A stretch of DNA of 64,000 nt from Verrucomicrobiota bacterium (GCA_039798785.1 JBDKFG010000022.1:1-64000), one strand, 5' to 3'; numbered from the stretch's first letter, positions 38,667 to 48,999 are shown. A program made the numbers and translations. Notes: generated from the sequence alone by a model not told the origin.

Positions 38667-38930
38667 GTCGTGTCTCCAAGTCAGAGGTTGGGTTAAAAGC
38701 AAGCGCCCCCAAAGGTACGCGAAGCCCCTCTCCTGCGCAAGGGCAGCCGTGTGGGAACTTAGACATTACGATTTATGTAATAAATGAGTATGTGACAACA
38801 AAAAATGTAGAAAATGTCGCAGACAGCCCTTGCGCGGATTTTGGCACGAGATATTCTGCCCTCGAGAGATTCATTACGAAATCTCGCAAGTGCTGCGTGA
38901 ATGATACAAAAACGTAAGGAGATGAATCGA

Positions 38931-40322
38931 ATGAAACAAAAAACCTTGGGTGCTCTGCTCGGCTTAGGCCTGAGCTTGGGAGCTTGGGCTCAAAGCCCCG
39001 TTCCGACGGTCGATGTAGGTGCTGTGACTCCGACTGCTACGGCGGTTGTGGAAGTGGCGGCTGCTGCCGCTGCTGCTCCGGCGGTCACTGTGAACACCGG
39101 CAACACCGCCTTCATGATGATCTGCGCCGCGCTGGTGCTGTTGATGACTCTGCCGGGTCTGGCCCTCTTTTACGGCGGCCTGGTGCGCAAGAAGAACATC
39201 CTGTCGGTGCTGATGCACTGTCTGGCAGCGGCAGCCATCGTCAGCGTCGTCTGGGCGGTCTACGGCTTCAGCTTTGCCTTCGGCGAAGGCAACGCCTTCT
39301 TCGGCAACACCAATCACCTCTTCCTTGCCAACACCGACGGCTTCAACAGCCTCTTCATCGCCGATGCCAACGGCGTCCCGGCGATCGTCTTCGTGATGTT
39401 CCAGATGACCTTCGCGATCATCACTCCGGCCCTGATCGCCGGCGGCTTCGCCGAGCGGATGCGCTTCCCCGCCTTCTGCCTCTTCACCCTCCTCTGGGTC
39501 AGCCTGATCTACTGCCCGATCTGCCACTGGGTCTGGGGCGCCAAAGGCTTCCTCTACCACGGCAACGCTGACGCCTGGGCCAAGGCTCTCGACTTCGCCG
39601 GCGGCACCGTCGTCCACATCAACGCCGGCATCGCGGCCCTGGTCTGCGCCCTCTACCTCGGCAAGCGCAAAGGCTTCCCCAACCGCCTCAGCCCGCCGCA
39701 CAACCTGCCCTTCGCCATCATCGGCGCCTGCCTTCTGTGGATCGGTTGGTTCGGCTTCAACGCCGGTTCGGAACTGGCCTGCGACCAGACTGCTGCCAAC
39801 GCCATGCTCTACACCCAGGTCGCTGCCGCCGTCGCCGCCCTCGTCTGGCTCGTCCTCGACGGCATCTACCACGGCAAGGCCACCGCCCTCGGCGCCATCA
39901 CCGGCGCGGTCGCCGGCCTCGTCGCCATCACCCCCGCCTGCGGCTTCGTCGACCTGAAGGGCTCGCTCTTCATCGGCATCCTCGGCGCCGCCGCCGCCTG
40001 GGCCTTCGTCGTCTACCTCAAGCCCAAGCTCAAGCTCGATGACACCCTCGACGCCTTCGGCGTGCACGGTGTCGCCGGCATCGTCGGAGCCCTCCTCACC
40101 GGCGTCTTCTGCGTCGCCACCAAGGACGGCATGAGCCACTTCGGCCAGTTCGTCGAGCAGCTCAAGGCCGTCGCCGTCACCATCGGCTTCAGCGCCCTCG
40201 GCACCTGGATCCTCCTGATGCTGGTCAACTGCATCACCAAGGTCCGTGCCGATGAACGCGAAGAGACCGTCGGTCTCGACGTCAGCCAGCACAAGGAATC
40301 GGCCTACACCGTCATCGACTAA
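38931..40322 (+). CDS. amtB: Ammonium transporter
   Basis: PGLALFYGG, FQMTFA, DFAGGTVVH, GWFGFNAGS, DDTLDAFGVHG. Confidence 0.97.
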   Translation: MKQKTLGALLGLGLSLGAWAQSPVPTVDVGAVTPTATAVVEVAAAAAAAPAVTVNTGNTAFMMICAALVLLMTLPGLALFYGGLVRKKNILSVLMHCLAAAAIVSVVWAVYGFSFAFGEGNAFFGNTNHLFLANTDGFNSLFIADANGVPAIVFVMFQMTFAIITPALIAGGFAERMRFPAFCLFTLLWVSLIYCPICHWVWGAKGFLYHGNADAWAKALDFAGGTVVHINAGIAALVCALYLGKRKGFPNRLSPPHNLPFAIIGACLLWIGWFGFNAGSELACDQTAANAMLYTQVAAAVAALVWLVLDGIYHGKATALGAITGAVAGLVAITPACGFVDLKGSLFIGILGAAAAWAFVVYLKPKLKLDDTLDAFGVHGVAGIVGALLTGVFCVATKDGMSHFGQFVEQLKAVAVTIGFSALGTWILLMLVNCITKVRADEREETVGLDVSQHKESAYTVID

Positions 40323-40330
40323 GGCATCCA

Positions 40331-40428
40331 GTTGAAAGGTTGGAAGGTTGAAAGGCGAAAGCTGAACACCTGAAGACCTGCAAGATCCAACCTTTCAACC
40401 CTTCAACCTTATCAACCTTTCAACCTTT
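40331..40428. repeat. Inverted 8-mer arrays (AGGTTGAA ... TTCAACCT) between amtB and PII
   Basis: GTTGAAAGGTTGGAAGGTTGAAAGG ... AACCTTTCAACCCTTCAACCTTATCAACCTTTCAACC. Confidence 0.88.
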
Positions 40429-40443
40429 TGAAATGAGGTCCCC

Positions 40444-40785
40444 ATGAAATACATCATCGCCATCATCCAGCCGGACCGCCTCGACGAAGTCCTGATGAAG
40501 CTGGAAGAGAAAGAAATCCATCTCGTCACCGTCACCCAGGTGATGGGCCACGGACGCCAGAAAGGCATTGCCGAGGTCTACCGTTCGCACAAGGAAGGCG
40601 GCTCGCTGCTGCGCAAGATCAAGCTCGAGATCGGCGTCAACGAAGCCTTCGTGCAGCCGGCGATCGACGCCATCCTCGGCGGCGCCCAGAGCGGCAACAT
40701 CGGCGACGGCAAGATCTTCGTGCTCGACATCAACCAGTGCATCCGCATCCGCACCGGCGAGAAGGGCAACGACGCCATCGGCTGA
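40444..40785 (+). CDS. glnK: PII nitrogen regulatory protein
   Basis: IIAIIQP, GHGRQKG, GNIGDGKIFV, IRIRTGE; adjacent to amtB. Confidence 0.9.
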   Translation: MKYIIAIIQPDRLDEVLMKLEEKEIHLVTVTQVMGHGRQKGIAEVYRSHKEGGSLLRKIKLEIGVNEAFVQPAIDAILGGAQSGNIGDGKIFVLDINQCIRIRTGEKGNDAIG

Positions 40786-40803
40786 GCCGGATCTAATTCT
40801 CTG

Positions 40804-40839
40804 AAAGCCGCGCCGTCCGGGAAACCGGGCGGCGCTTTT
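40804..40839. terminator. Terminator between convergent PII and waaF genes
   Basis: GCGCCGTCCGG-GAAA-CCGGGCGGCGC-TTTT. Confidence 0.8.
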
Positions 40840-40888
40840 GCTGGAACTGAGCATCGCGGCGCCAGGCTTAAGCTGATTTTGAGGCGAT

Positions 40889-41962
40889 TCAGACCAGTGC
40901 CGCCCAGACCTGGTCGGGACTGGTGCCGCGGAGGCATTTGAAGCGGTCTTCGGTGAGCGGGCAATCCCTTTGCAGGCAGGGCGAGCATTCGGGGCGGTGC
41001 CAGAGGACGACGAAGCGACCGCCGAGGGGGCCGGTGGCGGTGGGATCGGTGCTGCCGAAGACCGCCACGCCGCGTCCGCCGACGGCGGCGGCGAGGTGCA
41101 TGGCGCCGGAGTCGTTGACGAGGCAGGCGCGGGCGCCGCCGAGGATGGCCATCAGTTCGCCCACCGAGGTGCGGCCGACCAGGTCGAGGGAGCCGGGGGC
41201 CAGTGCGGCCAGCTTGCTGCCGGCGGCTTCTTCGCCGGGGGCGCCGACGATGACCACTCTGCGGCCGGCGGCGATCCAGCGGCGGCAGACCTCGGCGGAG
41301 AGATCGAGAGGCCACTGCTTGGCGGGCCCGAAGGCGGCGCCGGGCGCCACTGCGAGCCAGTCGCCCAGGCTCAGATCGCAGCCGAAGCCGGCGAGCTTGG
41401 AGAAGTCGACTTGCGGCTTGGCCGGCGGCATGGCGTCGTCCCACTCGGCACTGCCGCAGAAGCGTGCGATCTGGAGGTATTCGCGGAGCTGGTGGAATCG
41501 GTCCTGGCCGGGCACGCGCTTCCACGCTGGCAGGCGGTGACTGAGGAGCAGGCCGCGGAAGCGTCCGCCGCGGCCGATGCGCACCGGGATGCCTTTGAAG
41601 GCCAGATCGAGGGCGGAGCCGAAGGAGTTGGGCAGGACCACCGCGACGCCTGCGTCGAAGGCCCGGATCTGCGCCGCAACGGCCTTGTCGATGCGGCGGC
41701 CGCTGAAACTGATCACCTCGTCGACCCAGGGAATCGCCTGCCACAAACCTTTGAGCTTGCCGGGACAGACCACCGCGAGGCGCTTGCCCGTCGGCATCAG
41801 CTGGCGCATCTTCCAGACTGCCGGAAGGGTCATGACGGCGTCGCCGAGCCAGTTGGTGGAGCGGACGATCAGGCCTTGGCGCCACTCGGCGATTTTGAGC
41901 ATGCCGGGGGCGGTATCGGGTTCGCCGAGAGCGGGAAGATAGAGGGGTGCGGGCGTTTTCAT
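40889..41962 (-). CDS. waaF: LPS heptosyltransferase II (GT9)
   Basis: NWLGDAVM, LPNSFGSA, APGAAFGPAKQWP, NDSGAMHLAAA, FGSTDP. Confidence 0.88.
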   Translation of the reverse strand: MKTPAPLYLPALGEPDTAPGMLKIAEWRQGLIVRSTNWLGDAVMTLPAVWKMRQLMPTGKRLAVVCPGKLKGLWQAIPWVDEVISFSGRRIDKAVAAQIRAFDAGVAVVLPNSFGSALDLAFKGIPVRIGRGGRFRGLLLSHRLPAWKRVPGQDRFHQLREYLQIARFCGSAEWDDAMPPAKPQVDFSKLAGFGCDLSLGDWLAVAPGAAFGPAKQWPLDLSAEVCRRWIAAGRRVVIVGAPGEEAAGSKLAALAPGSLDLVGRTSVGELMAILGGARACLVNDSGAMHLAAAVGGRGVAVFGSTDPTATGPLGGRFVVLWHRPECSPCLQRDCPLTEDRFKCLRGTSPDQVWAALV

Positions 41963-42061
41963 GGGCGCCAAGATAAACGCGAAAAGCTCCCTGCAAAGCT
42001 GCGGCCGGCGAAGTGGCGAAGTGCCGGCCTGGCGGAGAAGAGCCAAAGAGCGGCAGCCGGC

Positions 42062-42090
42062 TTGCAGGACAGCGGGGAATTTGATATAAT
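42062..42090 (+). promoter_or_regulatory. Sigma70 promoter for the ECF/kinase operon
   Basis: TTGCAG-N17-TATAAT with extended -10 TG. Confidence 0.65.
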
Positions 42091-42140
42091 CGCCGGAGTG
42101 ACAACTGTCAGTGAAGAGGCGTATTGTGACGGAAGCGGGC

Positions 42141-42734
42141 ATGGATCTGCTACGGACCCGGCTGACGCTGTTGCAGCGCATCCAGGCGGGGGACGAAGGT
42201 GGCTGGGTGGAGTTTTACGAACTCTACCGGCCGATGATCCTTTGGGTCGCTCGTTCGCGAGGGGTGGATCATCCGGAAAGTCGCGATCTGCTGGTGCAGT
42301 CTGTGATGCGGCATTTCGCCACCCACCCTTGGACTCACGATCCGGAAAAGGGGCAGTTCCGCTCGCTTCTGATGCGGGTGGCCAGCAACAAATTGTTCGA
42401 GGTCCTGAGGGAGATCCAGCCGCTTCATAGCCGTCAGCTGAAAGGGCGCGACGCTCCCGACGCGAGGCCGCGCGGCACCGATCCCGCCGAGATTGCGGGG
42501 GGAGGGGAGGGGCTCGACACACGGCAGGAAAGCGTCGATCGCGGCATTGCCAGGATGATGGCGGACGAAGAGATCAATCCTCGTCATCTGCAGGTCCTGC
42601 TGCTTTCGCTGGAGGGCTTGAAGCTCCAGGAGATCAGTGGCAGGACCGGGCTCAGCCTGGTCAACGTCAAGGTCACCCGCCACAGGATGCTGGCGCGTCT
42701 CCGGGAGATGATCAAAGGCGAGGAGGAACGGTGA
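42141..42734 (+). CDS. ECF RNA polymerase sigma factor
   Basis: TRLTLLQRI...GWVEFYELYRP, DPEKGQFRSLL, region-4 HTH (EISGRTGLSLVNVKVTRHR). Confidence 0.85.
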   Translation: MDLLRTRLTLLQRIQAGDEGGWVEFYELYRPMILWVARSRGVDHPESRDLLVQSVMRHFATHPWTHDPEKGQFRSLLMRVASNKLFEVLREIQPLHSRQLKGRDAPDARPRGTDPAEIAGGGEGLDTRQESVDRGIARMMADEEINPRHLQVLLLSLEGLKLQEISGRTGLSLVNVKVTRHRMLARLREMIKGEEER

Positions 42735-44290
42735 GCTCGGAGGAACAGCCATGCCTGGAGCTGGAGCGCCTCGTCGAGATTTCCCAAGGCGCCGCTGCAA
42801 GCTTCAGAGAGATGACGCATTTCAGCCGTTGCGAAGAGTGCCGGAGGCAACTCGACGAATTGCGCGAGGAGGAAAGTCAGCTCAGTCGCCTTGTCTACAC
42901 CGAGCCTTCGGGGCGGGGGGATTTCGGGCCCTATCACATCCTGAGGATGCTGGGGGAAGGCGGCATGTCGAAAGTCTATGCCTGCCGGGGTGAGGAGGGC
43001 GGCGAGTGGGCGGTGAAGGTCTGCCAGGATCCGGCGCTGCTGCATTATTTTGCCGCCGAGGCGCGGCTGTTGGAGCTCTGCCGCAGCCATTCCGTTCCGT
43101 CGGTACTGCCGCTGGTCTCGGCCGACCTCGACCATCTTCCCGCCTATCTGGTCCTCCCCGTCTGCGCCGGCGGCTCCCTGGGCAGGCGCATCGCCCAGGG
43201 CGGGGCTCTGAGCACGGAGGAAGTCTGGCGCTTGGCGCAGCGCCTGGGTGCCGCCATCGCGGGCATGCACCAGGCCGGCATCGTCCATGGCGATCTCAAG
43301 CCCGACAACGTCCTGCTTGATGACCAAGGGGATTGCTGGATCGCCGACCTCGGCACCGCCCGCCAGATCCAGATCCAGCGCGGCGAGGAGGAGGCCCGGC
43401 GGACGGGGACGCGCCCGGCCGCCTTGACTGCCGCCTACATGGCGCCTGAACAGGCCTGCGGCACCAAGGGCAGTCAAGCTTCCGACATCTACGCCTATGG
43501 CCTCATTCTCTATCAGGCGGCTACGGGGCAGCATCCCTTCGGGGTGGGCACCGACTGGGAGATCGTCTCGCGCATGCTGGCCAGTCCTGGGCCGGATCCG
43601 AAACCGCTGCGGCAAGCCTTGCCGCCTCGTTTCGCGGAATTCATCCAGCAATGCCTTCAGGTCGATCCCGGGCGCCGCCCCGGGTCCGCTCTTCTGGCGC
43701 ACCTCTCCCGCAGTCTTCTGCGTCCGCTGCCTTCCTGGCGTAGGCTCCATCTCAGGCCCGTTCTGGCGGTGGTCTTGGCCGCCGTCCTTTTCGGCTTTTG
43801 GGCCGACGCCGAGCTCCGGCGACGGGAAAAGGCGCTGGATCAGGCGGCGCATGATCAAGGCGAGGGCGCGCTCGTCCGCGAGGCGGAACCGCCCTTGTCT
43901 CTGAGCAAGGATGCCGACGGGCAGGGGAACCTGACCTGGTATGGCAACAGGATCAAAGGCAAGGAACTGGAGGCGGCCGCCGAGCTTTGGGGAATGAAGC
44001 GGCGGGGTCTGAAAATGATGAGATTCAGCATCGGTACAAAACCCGTCTTCCAGGTTCTCAAGCAGGGTGATCATTGTCTGATCATCGAATTCCGCGACGA
44101 GACTTGGCAGCGGAGAAGTGAATTCCACAGTCCCGACGAGCTGCGCGCTCATTGCCACCCCAACAGCGCGGAGTTCTTCTTGCGGCGCAGCAACGGCGAT
44201 TTTCTCCTGCCCCCCGGCGAAGTCAAGCTCGAGAATCTGCAGCCTTATTTGGTCCCTCCAGGCGACATCGACGTCAAGCTTTTTCCCTAG
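42731..44290 (+). CDS. Membrane Ser/Thr protein kinase with N-terminal HxxxCxxC motif
   Basis: HFSRCEEC; LGEGGMSKVY, AVK, HGDLKPDN, DLG, YMAPE; TM helix; GTGA overlap with the sigma gene. Confidence 0.9.
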   Translation: MSSEEQPCLELERLVEISQGAAASFREMTHFSRCEECRRQLDELREEESQLSRLVYTEPSGRGDFGPYHILRMLGEGGMSKVYACRGEEGGEWAVKVCQDPALLHYFAAEARLLELCRSHSVPSVLPLVSADLDHLPAYLVLPVCAGGSLGRRIAQGGALSTEEVWRLAQRLGAAIAGMHQAGIVHGDLKPDNVLLDDQGDCWIADLGTARQIQIQRGEEEARRTGTRPAALTAAYMAPEQACGTKGSQASDIYAYGLILYQAATGQHPFGVGTDWEIVSRMLASPGPDPKPLRQALPPRFAEFIQQCLQVDPGRRPGSALLAHLSRSLLRPLPSWRRLHLRPVLAVVLAAVLFGFWADAELRRREKALDQAAHDQGEGALVREAEPPLSLSKDADGQGNLTWYGNRIKGKELEAAAELWGMKRRGLKMMRFSIGTKPVFQVLKQGDHCLIIEFRDETWQRRSEFHSPDELRAHCHPNSAEFFLRRSNGDFLLPPGEVKLENLQPYLVPPGDIDVKLFP

Positions 44291-44357
44291 GCCAGGGCTG
44301 GAATTGCGGAGACTTTATCGGTCCCCGGCTTAGGGAGTTAGGGAACTGGGGAGCCAG

Positions 44358-44537
44358 CCTGGATTCCGAAGCTGAGCTTGGGCTCGGCTCGGGAATCCGA
44401 TTCAAGATTCAAAATTCAAGATTCAACAGAACGCGAAGAAAATCAAAGATTTAACATTTAACATTCAAGACTGAAGGCTGACTCACAGCTTCATCTTCGG
44501 AATCGAGGTTCAGTCCAAGCTCAATTCGGGGTGATAC
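44358..44537. repeat. Composite intergenic repeat (inverted copy of 1-95 plus a 24-nt inverted copy of 22853-22876)
   Basis: The reverse complement of 44514-44537 (GTATCACCCCGAATTGAGCTTGGA) matches 22853-22876 (GTATCACACCGAATTGAGCTTGGA) at 23/24. Confidence 0.85.
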
Positions 44538-44699
44538 GTCGAATTTTTTCGTCGGATCTTGTAACCATCCCCATCCGATGTTTCAACTCGCCAGTGACTG
44601 GACGGCGAGAGGAAATCGAATGAATCGAATTCTCCTGCCCGGTTTCGCGGGGGAGGTCTCTTCCCTCTCTCCATGAGCAAGCAACCTGCAGGAAAAGCC

Positions 44700-44864
44700 A
44701 TGAATGCAAATCCCTATCTTCCCGCCCAGAAACGCTATTCCCGGAAACCGGCGACAGGCTTCACACGGAGCCACCCCGTCCTTTCCACGTTTATCGGCAT
44801 GCTGGTGGGGACCTTATTAGGCATGCTCGTCTATCTGATCTTCAGAAACGGCACCATGGCTTGA
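44700..44864 (+). CDS. Small single-TM protein
   Basis: RBS AGGA; hydrophobic C-terminus. Confidence 0.45.
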   Translation: MNANPYLPAQKRYSRKPATGFTRSHPVLSTFIGMLVGTLLGMLVYLIFRNGTMA

Positions 44865-44893
44865 TCGCGAAATTAATGACAGGAGAAGATGAA

Positions 44894-46579
44894 ATGAAGA
44901 AATGGATTGTCTGCACCGCCCCTTCTCTGGCTCTGCTGGGGCTGATTGCATCGGCCCTGCATCAGCATGGCGAGGCCGTTTCCGGCATCGGGGGTGCCGC
45001 CGCGAAAATCCCCTCCGTCGACGGGATCTCGAAGGAGCGTGCCTCAGCTCCGGCGATGCGGCGCGCCGCTTTCAAGTCCGAGCCGCTGCTGGTGGACGAT
45101 CCTCTTCTTGGCGGCGAAGCTGCGGCACCGATCTCCGGTCTGCCTGCCGATCGGCTGGTGCTGATGGACGATCTTCCCGAGTCGCGTTTCAAGGAGGATA
45201 TGAAGGCGCTTGAGCCTGCGGTGCGCGGCCGGGCATTGCAATGGCTCGCCGGCTTCAACTTCGACGCCAACGAGGCTGATGAGCTGCATGTCGATCCGAG
45301 GAGCGGGTCGATCCACGTCGCCTGCAAGTTTCACGGAGACGAGGGCGATCTGGCTTGCGCCTGCGGCGAAGCAGAGGAGCACGCCGCGGGTTCCGGCGGT
45401 GCTCGGGCCCTTTTCGCCATGGCCGAAGGCTCGGGCAGCACAGCCGTGATCTCGCCGATCACCGGCCCCCTGCCGGTCCTGACGCCTCCGGTTTTCCACA
45501 GCAAACCCGGCGCCTCCAAGGTGATCTTCCTCGACTTCAACGGCGGCAGCGTCAGCGGCACCACATGGAACTCTTATTACGGCGTCGCCAGCTACAACTG
45601 CTACCCGTTCAGCACCGACACCGATTTCACCAGCTTCAGCACTGCCGAGCAGACCACGATGAAGCAGATCTGGGAACGCGTCGCAGAAGACTACGCCGCT
45701 TTCGATGTCGACGTCACCACCGAGAACCCTAGCGCCACCCAGTGGGCCACCAATAAGACCGCCTGGGCGATGATCACCCGTTCGCCTGACATCAACGGCA
45801 ACGCTCTGCCATTCGGCGCTGGGGGCGGCGTCGCCACTCTCAACACCTTCGGCAGCAGCAGCTACGCCTACAACTCGCCGGCCTGGGTCAATCAGAAGTC
45901 GACAAACAGCTTCAACAACACCGCCGCCGCCGCCAGCCATGAAGTCGGCCACAATCTCGGTCTTTCCCATGACACCACCAAGAGCAACCTCGGCGGCTAC
46001 TATGGCGGTCACGCCGCGCTCGCCGGTGTCGCCCCGAGCTGGGCGCCGATCATGGGCACCGCCTACACCAAGAACGTCTCCCAGTTCAGCAAGGGCGAAT
46101 ACTACAACGCCAACAACAAGGAAGACGATCTGGCGATCCTCGCCGCCAAGCTCGCCTACCGCGCCGATGACTACGGCAGCACTCTCGCCACCGCCTCGCC
46201 GCTGCCGAAAAGCACCGCCACAAGCGTCGCCGGCTCGGGATACATCGAGCGCTCCACCGATGTCGATGTCTTTTCCTTCAGCGCCTCCGCCGCAGGCAGT
46301 GTCACCCTCAGTGCCAGCCCTTACAAATGCGCCGCCGGTCCCTGGAGCGGCAACCTCGACCTCCAGCTTGTCCTCAAAAATGCCGCCGGCACGGTCCTGG
46401 CAAGCGATAACAAGCCCGACGTCTGCGACGCCAGCATCACCTTCGCTCTTCCTGCGGCAGGCACCTACTACCTCGAAGTGCGTCCGGTCGCCGTCGGTTC
46501 GCCCTTGAACACCACACCTAGCGGCTACACCCTTTATGGTGGCGTCGGCCAGTACACCCTTGGCGGTTCGGTGCCCTGA
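44894..46579 (+). CDS. Secreted zinc metalloprotease (metzincin) with C-terminal PPC domain
   Basis: HSKPGASKVIFLDF, HEVGHNLGLSHD, Met-turn WAPIMG, DVDVFSF...GTYYLEV. Confidence 0.88.
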   Translation: MKKWIVCTAPSLALLGLIASALHQHGEAVSGIGGAAAKIPSVDGISKERASAPAMRRAAFKSEPLLVDDPLLGGEAAAPISGLPADRLVLMDDLPESRFKEDMKALEPAVRGRALQWLAGFNFDANEADELHVDPRSGSIHVACKFHGDEGDLACACGEAEEHAAGSGGARALFAMAEGSGSTAVISPITGPLPVLTPPVFHSKPGASKVIFLDFNGGSVSGTTWNSYYGVASYNCYPFSTDTDFTSFSTAEQTTMKQIWERVAEDYAAFDVDVTTENPSATQWATNKTAWAMITRSPDINGNALPFGAGGGVATLNTFGSSSYAYNSPAWVNQKSTNSFNNTAAAASHEVGHNLGLSHDTTKSNLGGYYGGHAALAGVAPSWAPIMGTAYTKNVSQFSKGEYYNANNKEDDLAILAAKLAYRADDYGSTLATASPLPKSTATSVAGSGYIERSTDVDVFSFSASAAGSVTLSASPYKCAAGPWSGNLDLQLVLKNAAGTVLASDNKPDVCDASITFALPAAGTYYLEVRPVAVGSPLNTTPSGYTLYGGVGQYTLGGSVP

Positions 46580-46956
46580 ATCGATGAGGAACTGCGGCGC
46601 CGGACGAATGCGATGAATCCTAGAAAACACAGGTCGTTAGTTCAAGCTTGAAAGGTTGAAGCGCGAGGCATTGAGCATAAAGACAAGCGACATTGGAGCC
46701 AGACTCAGAAATGCATCTCGAAGCCCGCCATGTCCTTGCTGTTTTGCTGTTACACATTGCTGTTGTAGGTCTGACTTTGAATCTTGCAATCTTTGAACCT
46801 GTGGAATTTAGGGTGAATCAGCCTCCGTCGCCGCGTAACGGGCCGGTTCAAGCTCGATCATGACGGCTGGATCCACTGCGCCATGGCTCTTGCGTCTCGA
46901 GTCAGCCTTTCTTACCCGCCGTCCCACCAAGACCCTAACCCGACAAGGAATTCCCG

Positions 46957-48999
46957 ATGCTCGTGCCATTTCTATTCACCAGCTTCGCCCTCCTCTCCAA
47001 CGTACCGGCCAGCGGCCCGGCCTCGCCCCCGCAAGGCCTGCTTTATTCGGTCAAAGACGAGGGCGGCGGCCAAGTCGCCGAGGAAGACATCCGCAAGATG
47101 CTTGAGGGGCGCGCCGAAACCGTTTCCGATCCCCAGTTGAAAAGCCCTTTTTACTTCGACGTCTCCAATGCCGACGTGACGGCGATCAGCAAGCGCATGG
47201 ATCTCATCGACGAGAGCAACAAACGGGTGCAGCGCAAGCTGGGCAAGGGCAAGACGGAAGAGACCCTGTTGATCGGGCTGCGCTACTTCTGCAAGCTGCT
47301 CTTCAGCCCTCTCGGCCAGCTTGGCGGCCACGGGTTCAGTCGCGTCGGCCAGGAAGGCTTCTGGCTCTACAAAGTCTATCCCGGCACTCCCTTGGCGAAA
47401 GCGGGGATGCAGCCATGGGACCGCATCACCAAGGTTAACGGCATCTTGCTGGACCGACTCCCTATTGACGAGACCCTGGACGACGGCCCCATCGTCGTCA
47501 TCGGCGAGCAGCTCGACCTCGCCGAGGCCCGTGGCGGCAGCATCCGATTCGACTTCGAGCGCGAGGGCAGGATGCTGAGCGTCGAGATTCCGGTCGCCAT
47601 CCGCGGCGGATTTGCTGATCCCGCCAGCTGCGCAGCCAAGAAGGAGCGGATGCTCAAGCTCTGCCTTGAGCACCTGAAGAAGACGCAGCTGCCCGACGGC
47701 CGCTGGCAGTGCGGCCGCGCCAACGGCTCCAACTTCACCACATACCTCGCGCTCCTCGCCCTTCTCGCCAGCGGCGACAAGGAATACAAGCCCTTAGTAG
47801 AAAAGGCGATGCGTCTCATCTACACTCTCGACACCCCCCACCGCACCTGGGACGAAGGCATCCGCGGCATCGTCCTCGCCGAATACTTCTGGGCCACCGG
47901 AGACACCGAGTGCTATCGCGAACTGCAGGAGCATTGCGATCGGATGGCCAGCTATGTCAATCCCTGCGGCGGCGCCGGCCACAGCTATCTCAAGGGCACC
48001 TATGGCGGCGTCAATTTTGGCCCTCCGGCCGGCCTGGTCTTCCTCGCAGTCAACCTCGGCCGCAAGCTCGACGTCGCTCTGATTGAGAAGCAGCTCCAGC
48101 TGCAGCGCGAGAATTACTTGGCCGATCCCGACGCCTGTTCAGCCAATTACAGCGGCTTCCTCTGCGGCGACACCAAGAACCCCAGGATGGGCGAAGGGGG
48201 CTTCCGCAGTGCTGTCGCGGGACTCGCCCTGAAGCAGCTGCCCGAAGGCCAGAAGCTCTATTCCCAGATCCTCGACAACTTCAACCGCCATCACCGCCAG
48301 GTCACCCATATCCACGCCTGCCCCAGCCTCGGCATGATCTTCGGCAGCTTGATGCTCGCTAGCGGCGACGGCAAGGGCTTTCAGGATCACTTCCGCTACC
48401 GCCATTGGTGGCTCACCGTCGCTCGCATGCCTGATGATTCCATCGCCTATGTCTACCCGAAAAAGGCTCGCATGGCCATCCCCGGCGGTGGCGGCTGGAA
48501 CGGCGACAGCATTCTTGGCTTTCCCACTGTCAGCGCCATCCAGACAGCGATCCTTCTTTCCGCCACGCAGCCGCGTCTTCTGGTCACTGGCAAAGGCCGT
48601 GCCGGTTGGTACAGCGGGTGTGCGCCGGAACAGGTGATGCAGGTCGCCTCGGACTACCAGAAACGTCGGGTCGCGGATTTACTGGCTCAGGCCGAGACGC
48701 GGATCGTCGCGGATCCCTGGCAGGCCTACCAATCCCTTGCGCTGCTGCGAGATTGCTATCACGACGGCAAATATGTCGATCACGCCAAGGTCGGCAGGCT
48801 GATCGCCAGGATTGAAGCGGCTGCGGGCCCTCTGGTCCGCAAGAATGTCATGGAGGCGGAATCCCTCTACTATTTCACCTGGCTGAGCCAGAACCGGCCG
48901 CCGGCGATGAAGCATTATGCGCCCATCTTCCTTCAGCTCTACCCGGAAAGCAGCAAGGCTTCTGAAGTCAGGAAAATGATCTCGGATACAGGCAACTGA
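46957..48999 (+). CDS. Secreted PDZ + alpha-helical barrel protein (DUF6288-like)
   Basis: Signal peptide; PDZ motif VYPGTPLAKAGMQPWDRITKVNG; QW-like TQLPDGRW; LAEYFWATGD. Confidence 0.65.
   Translation: MLVPFLFTSFALLSNVPASGPASPPQGLLYSVKDEGGGQVAEEDIRKMLEGRAETVSDPQLKSPFYFDVSNADVTAISKRMDLIDESNKRVQRKLGKGKTEETLLIGLRYFCKLLFSPLGQLGGHGFSRVGQEGFWLYKVYPGTPLAKAGMQPWDRITKVNGILLDRLPIDETLDDGPIVVIGEQLDLAEARGGSIRFDFEREGRMLSVEIPVAIRGGFADPASCAAKKERMLKLCLEHLKKTQLPDGRWQCGRANGSNFTTYLALLALLASGDKEYKPLVEKAMRLIYTLDTPHRTWDEGIRGIVLAEYFWATGDTECYRELQEHCDRMASYVNPCGGAGHSYLKGTYGGVNFGPPAGLVFLAVNLGRKLDVALIEKQLQLQRENYLADPDACSANYSGFLCGDTKNPRMGEGGFRSAVAGLALKQLPEGQKLYSQILDNFNRHHRQVTHIHACPSLGMIFGSLMLASGDGKGFQDHFRYRHWWLTVARMPDDSIAYVYPKKARMAIPGGGGWNGDSILGFPTVSAIQTAILLSATQPRLLVTGKGRAGWYSGCAPEQVMQVASDYQKRRVADLLAQAETRIVADPWQAYQSLALLRDCYHDGKYVDHAKVGRLIARIEAAAGPLVRKNVMEAESLYYFTWLSQNRPPAMKHYAPIFLQLYPESSKASEVRKMISDTGN

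Noticed and set aside
38841..38860. Sigma54 promoter upstream of amtB (TTGGCACG...)
   Set aside because: The -24 half matches, but the dinucleotide 10 nt after GG is TC, not GC.
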